Below, in pieces: positions 57,785 through 64,000 of a stretch of 64,000 bases of DNA (the stretch's first letter is position 1; every line of letters starts with the position of its first letter). The notes below the pieces were generated by a model. It saw nothing but the letters and a program-made list of their open reading frames with translations, did no database searches and was not told the DNA's origin. Source of the stretch: a virus. A program made the translations under genes and the position numbers. The DNA is taken from IMG/VR virus record IMGVR_UViG_3300044608_002890; one strand, given 5' to 3'.

Positions 57785-58549
57785 ATGCCAGTAAACCCAT
57801 ATTTCCATAGCGGCGTGCCCATGGGTAGGCGTTCGGAGCAGAGTCTCTATGAGGATCTGATCATTGAGACACTCAAGATATACGGTCATGAGACCTACTA
57901 TGTGCCGCGTTCTAAATTCAACCAGGACCAGATCTTGACCGAAGATCCCCTGCAGACCTATGAGCATTTTTACCCCCTGGAAATGTATCTGGAAAATGTT
58001 CAGGGCTTTGAGGGTGAAGGTGAACTACTGAGTAAATTCGGAGTTGAGTTGCGTGATACTGCTACTTTCATCGTAAGTCGAAGACGCTGGCAACAACTGG
58101 TAGGAAACTTTGGTCAGACCATCCTACAACGCCCTAGCGAAGGTGATGTCATATATTTTCCTTTGACCAAAAGTTATTTTGAAATCAGGAAGGTCATTGG
58201 CAATGAACCCTTTTACCAGGCCGGTGCGCTGTATGTGTATAAATTGGTCTGTGAACTCATGCAGTACAGCCTGGAGCGCTTCGATACCGGCAATGAAGAA
58301 GTTGATGAATATGCTGATACGGTCATTGCAGCACAGACAACTGCCAATTTTGAAATACAACTAGAAACTGGCGATAGATTCCTCAATGAAAACGGTGAAT
58401 TCATGCTGCTAGAAAGTTATAGCCCCGACAGCTTTGTGCTGGAAGGCCAGACCACAGTAGTATCTCAGAACGCAGCCTTTGATACCGACATTGATGACAT
58501 ACTAGACTTTACGGAACGAAATCCGTTCGGGGAGGTGGCACGTGCTTGA
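57785..58549 (+). CDS. gp14: Neck protein
   Basis: EQSLYEDLIIE..KIYG, LSKFGVELRD, RPSEGDVIYFP, PFYQ, DFTERNPFGE. Confidence 0.95.
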   Translation: MPVNPYFHSGVPMGRRSEQSLYEDLIIETLKIYGHETYYVPRSKFNQDQILTEDPLQTYEHFYPLEMYLENVQGFEGEGELLSKFGVELRDTATFIVSRRRWQQLVGNFGQTILQRPSEGDVIYFPLTKSYFEIRKVIGNEPFYQAGALYVYKLVCELMQYSLERFDTGNEEVDEYADTVIAAQTTANFEIQLETGDRFLNENGEFMLLESYSPDSFVLEGQTTVVSQNAAFDTDIDDILDFTERNPFGEVARA

Positions 58550-59300
58550 TAGAACCTGGTACTGGGGTACTACTCGCAAGGCCATCATTGCCTTTGGTAA
58601 CCTGTTCAACGACATCTATATTCAGCGTCGCAATAGTGCTGGAACTTTAATTCAGAACTTCAAGGTGCCCTTGGCCTATGCTCCACGGCAAAAAATGATT
58701 GCCAGAATTGAGCAACAGCCCAGCATAGACGATCAACGAGCGCAAATAACATTGCCCAGAATGAGTTTTGAAATACTGGGCATGGACTATGATCCTCAGA
58801 GAAAAATAAGTCCCATACAAAGCAATCGTGCAATCTTTAGCAACGATCCTACCAAGATAACACAGCAATACGCACCCACGCCCTACAATCTCAACATAAA
58901 CCTCTATGTCTATGCCAAGAATCAGGATGACGGTCTACAAATCATAGAACAAATTCTTCCTTACTTTAATCCAGACTTCAATCTAAGCCTCAAAGCCATA
59001 CCACAGCTAAACATACAAAACGATCTACCGGTCATCCTGAACAATGTTTCGTACGAAGACGAATACGAAGGTGATTTTGCAGTTCGTAGAGCAATAATTT
59101 GGACACTTGCTTATACGGTTAAGATTAACTACTATGGACCAGCACAACAATCTGGTATCATACGCCGAGTTTATGCCAATACCTTTAGTGATGTTGCTTT
59201 GACTACCAATCTGTCAAACTACTCAGTTTCGGTTACACCGGGCAATGCACAGCCCAATGGCAATTTTGAATTCAGCGAGACGTTTACGGATTTTGAATGA
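58542..59300 (+). CDS. gp15: Tail sheath stabiliser / completion protein
   Basis: FGNLFNDI, KVPLAYAP, TLPRMSFE, QIIEQILPYFNP; GTG start with GGAGGT RBS. Confidence 0.95.
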   Translation: MLDRTWYWGTTRKAIIAFGNLFNDIYIQRRNSAGTLIQNFKVPLAYAPRQKMIARIEQQPSIDDQRAQITLPRMSFEILGMDYDPQRKISPIQSNRAIFSNDPTKITQQYAPTPYNLNINLYVYAKNQDDGLQIIEQILPYFNPDFNLSLKAIPQLNIQNDLPVILNNVSYEDEYEGDFAVRRAIIWTLAYTVKINYYGPAQQSGIIRRVYANTFSDVALTTNLSNYSVSVTPGNAQPNGNFEFSETFTDFE

Positions 59301-59710
59301 AGAACATACCCGAGCTCAATGCTCTGTTCAATACCGAACCCATGACCAAGGAAAGCCTGCCCATACCCATGGACAAGCCTGGCCTGAGCATGGATCAACA
59401 AGATGATTTTGACCTGGCTAGACAGACTCTCAGGAGAGTCATACTCAAAGGTCAGGATGTTCTGGACGACATCAGCGAATTGAGTCGCAACAGCGAACAT
59501 CCACGCAACTACGAAGTCACTGGACAGATCATGAAAGCACTAAGTGATACTGCTAAAGATCTTTTGGAACTCCAGAAACGAGCACAGGCACTCAAGACAC
59601 CCGATACCGCAGAAAAACCTGCAGGCAGCATAGGCACACAGAACAACGTAGTATTCGCAGGATCAACCACAGAACTGCTAAAGCTGCTTAGAAACGAAAA
59701 GAGTATCTAA
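59297..59710 (+). CDS. gp16: Terminase small subunit
   Basis: DDFDLARQTL, SEHPRNYEV, NNVVFAGSTTELLKLL. Confidence 0.92.
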   Translation: MKNIPELNALFNTEPMTKESLPIPMDKPGLSMDQQDDFDLARQTLRRVILKGQDVLDDISELSRNSEHPRNYEVTGQIMKALSDTAKDLLELQKRAQALKTPDTAEKPAGSIGTQNNVVFAGSTTELLKLLRNEKSI

Positions 59711-61398
59711 TGCAGGCCTCCTACATGGGCAATTCCAACCTCAAGCAGGTTGGGTATAGCATAGATTACACTCCGCATCAGGTTCGGGAAATCATCAAGT
59801 GTAGCCAGGACTACATCTATTTCATAGAAACCTATTGCCAGATTGTGACTCTGGATCATGGCCTGCAACCCTTTAAGCTCTATGATTGCCAGAAACGCAA
59901 GGTGCATACCATCATAGGTAACCGCAAGGTCATACTCATGGAAGGGCGCCAGCAGGGCAAGACCATTACTGCTGCGGCCTGCATACTCTGGTATACACTT
60001 TTCCAGGAAAGCAAAACTGTAGCCATTCTAGCCAACAAGAGTTCCAGTGCTCGTGAAGTTCTGTATCGCTATCAACTCATGTATGAAATGCTGCCCATAT
60101 GGTTGCAACAGGGTGTCAAGACCTGGAACAAGGGCGACATAGAGCTAGAAAATGGTTCTAGAATTTTCACAGCAGCTACAACATCATCTGGTATACGTGG
60201 TAAATCCGTAAACTGGTTATACATAGACGAAGCTGCCATCATACCCAACAATGTAGCCGAAGATTTCTTTACCTCAGTTTATCCTACCATCAGTGCCGGT
60301 GAAACCACAAAGATTCTGCTTACCTCTACGCCCTTGGGCTACAACCATTTCTGGAAGTTCTGGAACGAAGCTGAAGAAGGTCGCAATGGCTTTGTGAATC
60401 TTTTCATACCCTATACAGAGATACCTGGTCGTGATGAAAAATGGGCGCAAGAGCAACGATCCTTGTTGGGAGAACTTCGCTTCAACCAAGAAGTTTTGTG
60501 CAAGTTCCTGGGGTCGAGTCTTACCCTCATTAACGCTGACACCATTGGTCGCCTCAGTCCCAAGACGCCTATCTTCAGCAACGATGGTCTGGACATCTAC
60601 GAAGAACCGCAGCGATCTGTGATGATTGACGGAAAAATGGAAGGCCGCAACCATAACTATGTCATAGTAGCCGATGTCAGTCGTGGTGTGGGTGGTGACT
60701 ACAGCGCATTCGTTGTCATAGATGTTACTGAATACCCGCACAAACTGGTGGCCAAATATAGAAACAACAAAATACATCCCTTGCTTTATACAGATGTCAT
60801 ACACAAAGTAGCCAGGGATTTCAACAAGGCCATGGTGCTCATAGAACTCAATGATAATGGTCAACAGGTAGCCGATACACTCTGGGCCGATCTAGAATAT
60901 GAAAATGTTCTATATGTAAACAATGATTCTAGATCTGGTCAGCACTTGAGCATGGGCGGTAATGGCGCAGTTCCTGGTGTCAGAACCAGCAAACAGGTCA
61001 AACGTCTGGGATGTACATTGATCAAAGGCATCATAGAAAACACCAAGCTATTGATTTTCGATGCAGATGTCATTAGCGAAATGAGTACCTTCATAGAGAA
61101 AAAGAATAGCTATGAAGCCGATGAAGGTTATCATGATGATTTAATCATGTGTCTGGTGTTGTATGGCTGGTTGAGCAATGATACCTACTTCAAAGAAATA
61201 TTGAACAGTAATTTGAAGAAAGAATTGTTTGAAAATCAGACAGCTCTTATCGAAGCCGAATTGACACCGTTCGGCATCATAGATACAGGTTTGAACAACA
61301 GCAATCAGCCCGTAGTAGAAGCCGGTGATGTATGGTTCAACTCTGATCCGTTTTCTGAAATTGACAAAATGAAGCGAAAGTGGTTAGAAAATGTCTAA
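59710..61398 (+). CDS. gp17: Terminase large subunit
   Basis: GRQQGKT Walker A, LYIDEAA Walker B, DVSRGVGGDYSAF nuclease, HDDLIMCLV. Confidence 0.97.
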   Translation: MQASYMGNSNLKQVGYSIDYTPHQVREIIKCSQDYIYFIETYCQIVTLDHGLQPFKLYDCQKRKVHTIIGNRKVILMEGRQQGKTITAAACILWYTLFQESKTVAILANKSSSAREVLYRYQLMYEMLPIWLQQGVKTWNKGDIELENGSRIFTAATTSSGIRGKSVNWLYIDEAAIIPNNVAEDFFTSVYPTISAGETTKILLTSTPLGYNHFWKFWNEAEEGRNGFVNLFIPYTEIPGRDEKWAQEQRSLLGELRFNQEVLCKFLGSSLTLINADTIGRLSPKTPIFSNDGLDIYEEPQRSVMIDGKMEGRNHNYVIVADVSRGVGGDYSAFVVIDVTEYPHKLVAKYRNNKIHPLLYTDVIHKVARDFNKAMVLIELNDNGQQVADTLWADLEYENVLYVNNDSRSGQHLSMGGNGAVPGVRTSKQVKRLGCTLIKGIIENTKLLIFDADVISEMSTFIEKKNSYEADEGYHDDLIMCLVLYGWLSNDTYFKEILNSNLKKELFENQTALIEAELTPFGIIDTGLNNSNQPVVEAGDVWFNSDPFSEIDKMKRKWLENV

Positions 61399-61409
61399 TT
61401 ATGGCTTTC

Positions 61410-61417
61410 TATAAATA
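61410..61417 (+). promoter_or_regulatory. Late promoter TATAAATA
   Basis: Exact consensus before gp18; AAGGAG RBS downstream. Confidence 0.8.
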
Positions 61418-61458
61418 AATGGTAATTAATTCGCTATGTCAACTTTAAGGAGAATAAG

Positions 61459-63186
61459 ATGGCATTTCAGCTTTCACCAGGTGTACTGGTAACTGAAAGG
61501 GACCTTACCGATGTAGTCCCAGCAGTCGCCACCACTGCTGGTGGGTATGCCGGGCATTTTAACTGGGGACCAGTTAACAAGGTCGTAGCTGTTGATAGCG
61601 AGAGATCGCTAACCAAGAGCCACGGAACTCCCGACAGCTCCACCTACGAATCATTTTTTACAGCAGCAAATTTCCTTAGCTATGGCAACAACCTTCAAGT
61701 TGTTAGAGCCGGAGCGACAGCACATAGAAATGCAGTGGCGGCTGTGAACCTAAGCAACACCGGTGGTACAGCCACCATCATCAATAACCAAGATTCTTAC
61801 GAAGCAAATGCTTCGTTTTTTGCTGGCACCATAGCCTTTGATACTGGTATTTTTGCAGCCAAGTATCCTGGTACCTGGGGCAACAGTTTGAAAATAAGCA
61901 TGGCTGATGCCAATACATTTTCTAGCTGGACCTATGCTGCTCAGTTTGATGGCAATCCCGGCACCAGTGACTATGCTAGTGTCAGAGGCGGTTCCTTGGA
62001 TGGACTGCATGTCATTGTCATTGACGAAGATGGTTTGTTCAGTGGCACTCCTGGAACGGTGTTGGAAAAATTCCCATACCTTAGCAAAGCAAGCGACGCC
62101 AAGAAAAGCGATGGCAGCTCTGCATACTATAAAGATGTGCTAAGAGACCAGAGTGGATATGTGTATGCCATTGCACATCCAGCATCAGCCAACCTAGCAC
62201 CAGGAGCAAATACAGCCTGGGGTACTACAGTTGTTAGCACTACTTTTGGTAACCTCATAACAGCAGTAACATCAAGCTTTGTTGGTGGTGCTCTTGGTAC
62301 TCCAACCGACGGTGATGTAACTACTGCATACGACGAGTTCAAGCAAGACGGTTTATATGACCTAAGTTTGGTACCCATTGGTAGTTATGGTGCTAACGTA
62401 ATAAGCTATGTAGTAAATAACATCTGTGAAGTGCGCAAAGATTGTGTAGCGTTCTTTGGACCACCTCTTAGCAATGTATTGAACCGTACCAGCACAACTG
62501 TTGCTACTACTGCAGTTACTGGCTACAGAGATGCCATTAACCTTAATACCAGCTATGCTGTCATGGACAGTGGTTGGAAATATCAGTACGATCGTTACAA
62601 TGACACTTATCGTTGGGTTCCATTAAACGGCGATATTGCTGGTTTATGCGCCAGAACAGATTTTGTAGCTGATCCATGGTATAGCCCTGCAGGTTATAGT
62701 CGCGGCGTTATCAAGAACGTAGTCAAGTTGGCATACAGCCCAACACTTACCGATCGTGATAACCTCTATAAGAAGGGCGTTAACCCTGTTGTTAGCTTCC
62801 CTGGTCAAGGTACGGTATTGTTTGGTGACAAGACTCAGCTTACCAAGCCCAGTGCATTTGATCGCATCAACGTTCGTAGATTGTTCATTGTGCTAGAAAA
62901 AGCCATTGCGACCGCAGCCAAGTATCAGCTGTTTGAGTTCAATGATGCATTTACACGTGCACAGTTCCGCAATCTCGTAGAACCATTCCTGCGTGATGTA
63001 CAGGGTCGCAGAGGCATTACGGACTTCAAGGTAGTTTGTGACGAAACAAACAACACCGGTGAGGTCATAGATCGTAATGAATTTGTGGCTGACATCTTCA
63101 TCAAGCCAGCTCGTTCCATCAACTTCATTACCCTGAACTTCATTGCTACCCGCACAGGCATAGCATTCGAAGAAGTTGGCGCCTAA
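61459..63186 (+). CDS. gp18: Tail sheath protein
   Basis: FQLSPGVLVTE, RWVPLNGDIAGLCARTD, SAFDRINVRRLF, FIKPARSINFITLNF. Confidence 0.97.
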   Translation: MAFQLSPGVLVTERDLTDVVPAVATTAGGYAGHFNWGPVNKVVAVDSERSLTKSHGTPDSSTYESFFTAANFLSYGNNLQVVRAGATAHRNAVAAVNLSNTGGTATIINNQDSYEANASFFAGTIAFDTGIFAAKYPGTWGNSLKISMADANTFSSWTYAAQFDGNPGTSDYASVRGGSLDGLHVIVIDEDGLFSGTPGTVLEKFPYLSKASDAKKSDGSSAYYKDVLRDQSGYVYAIAHPASANLAPGANTAWGTTVVSTTFGNLITAVTSSFVGGALGTPTDGDVTTAYDEFKQDGLYDLSLVPIGSYGANVISYVVNNICEVRKDCVAFFGPPLSNVLNRTSTTVATTAVTGYRDAINLNTSYAVMDSGWKYQYDRYNDTYRWVPLNGDIAGLCARTDFVADPWYSPAGYSRGVIKNVVKLAYSPTLTDRDNLYKKGVNPVVSFPGQGTVLFGDKTQLTKPSAFDRINVRRLFIVLEKAIATAAKYQLFEFNDAFTRAQFRNLVEPFLRDVQGRRGITDFKVVCDETNNTGEVIDRNEFVADIFIKPARSINFITLNFIATRTGIAFEEVGA

Positions 63187-63196
63187 GGAGATATAG

Positions 63197-63781
63197 ATGT
63201 CCACCGTATTTAACGTAGATAGATTCAAGGCTGCGCTGACAAACGGTGGGGTTCGCCCCAACCAGTTTGCCGTGTTCCTTAGCTTTCCGACCTATGTTGG
63301 AGCACAGGCCGTTGCAGTTGCACGTGCTCCATTCCTGGTAACTGCTGCTGAGCTGCCAGGTCAGGACATTGGTCCGGCCACAGTATTTTACCGTGGTCGT
63401 GAAGTTAAGTTTGCTGGCGATCGTATATTTGCTCCCTGGACCATCACAGTATTGAATGACTCAGATTTCAGCATTCGTACTGCCATGGAACAGTGGATGA
63501 ACGGCATGGAAGACTTGGTCAACAAGTCCGGCCGTTTGAACCCATCAACCTATCAGCGCGATTTGGATGTATTCCAACTGGATCGCAATGGTGCGGTGCT
63601 TAAGGGTTATAAGCTAGTCAGCGCATTCCCCTCAAACCTTGCTCCAGTACCTCTGGACTTTGGTGCCAATGACCAGATCAGTAACTTTACTGTGACCTGG
63701 CAGTATCAGCACTTTACTGTGACCAATGCCAGCACTACGCAGACACTTAGCATTGCCAGTGTCTTTAGTGGTGCTCTTTAA
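63197..63781 (+). CDS. gp19: Tail tube protein
   Basis: GGVRPNQF.V, FYRGREVKFAGDR.F.PWTITVLND, FTVTWQY. Confidence 0.95.
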   Translation: MSTVFNVDRFKAALTNGGVRPNQFAVFLSFPTYVGAQAVAVARAPFLVTAAELPGQDIGPATVFYRGREVKFAGDRIFAPWTITVLNDSDFSIRTAMEQWMNGMEDLVNKSGRLNPSTYQRDLDVFQLDRNGAVLKGYKLVSAFPSNLAPVPLDFGANDQISNFTVTWQYQHFTVTNASTTQTLSIASVFSGAL

Positions 63782-63797
63782 TTAGTTTGGATTAGTT

Positions 63798-64000
63798 ATG
63801 GCCATATCATTGTTTGGTTTTACCATCAGCCGTGCAAGTCCGGAGGATACGACCAATAGAGCCCAAAGCTTTATTACGCCGACTCCGGATGACGGCGCCA
63901 GTACCGTGCAGGCCGGCGGTTACTTCGGCACCTTTGTTGATTTAGATGCAACGGCCAAGTCAGAGTCAGAACTCATAACACGTTATCGCGAAGCCAGCAT
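63798..64000 (+). CDS. gp20: Portal vertex protein, 5' part (runs off the window)
   Basis: Hand translation MAISLFGFTI...PDDGA....GGYFG..VDLD.....ELITRYRE; follows gp19. Confidence 0.88.
   Translation, partial: MAISLFGFTISRASPEDTTNRAQSFITPTPDDGASTVQAGGYFGTFVDLDATAKSESELITRYREAS

Noticed and set aside
59710-63781. Inteins, introns or homing endonucleases in terminase, sheath or tube genes
   Set aside because: ORFs are continuous and of ordinary length, with no Hint, HNH, GIY-YIG or LAGLIDADG motifs seen.
1-64000. Alternative genetic code (TAG or TGA reassignment)
   Set aside because: Conserved genes are full length in the standard code and end at TAA, TAG and TGA; reading through the gp26 TAG does not reach the gp51 frame.

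Overview
The window is a 64-kb segment of a large T4-like myovirus genome with cyanophage/freshwater-type gene order. It opens with a small lysis/replication block (SleB-type cell-wall hydrolase, 3-TM membrane protein, gp33, gp59, gp32). A minus-strand tail-hub operon follows (gp4, gp2, gp54, gp26, gp51, 3TM holin, tape-measure-like protein). The rest is a long plus-strand morphogenesis region: gp48, gp53, hub, split gp5, PAAR, gp25, gp6, gp7, gp8, a three-part DUF4815-type protein, several giant fibre/lectin proteins, a Gly-rich adhesin, two 2OG-Fe(II) oxygenases, a GT9-like glycosyltransferase, gp13-gp19 and the start of gp20. NATAAATA late-promoter boxes precede many operons. The strongest new signal is an in-phase T TTT TTC slippery site at the end of gp26. 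Its -1 frame runs straight into an unlisted gp51-like ORF, a lambda G/GT-style chaperone frameshift upstream of the tape measure. Other highlights are virion proteins split across genes (gp5, gp7/Ig-repeat protein, DUF4815), a late-expressed hydroxylase plus glycosyltransferase cassette beside the fibres, an RBS-sequestering hairpin switch before the hydrolase, and candidate leaderless late mRNAs. All protein names come from my recognition of motifs and synteny, not from database searches. No tRNA, rRNA, CRISPR array, integrase or reverse transcriptase was seen.
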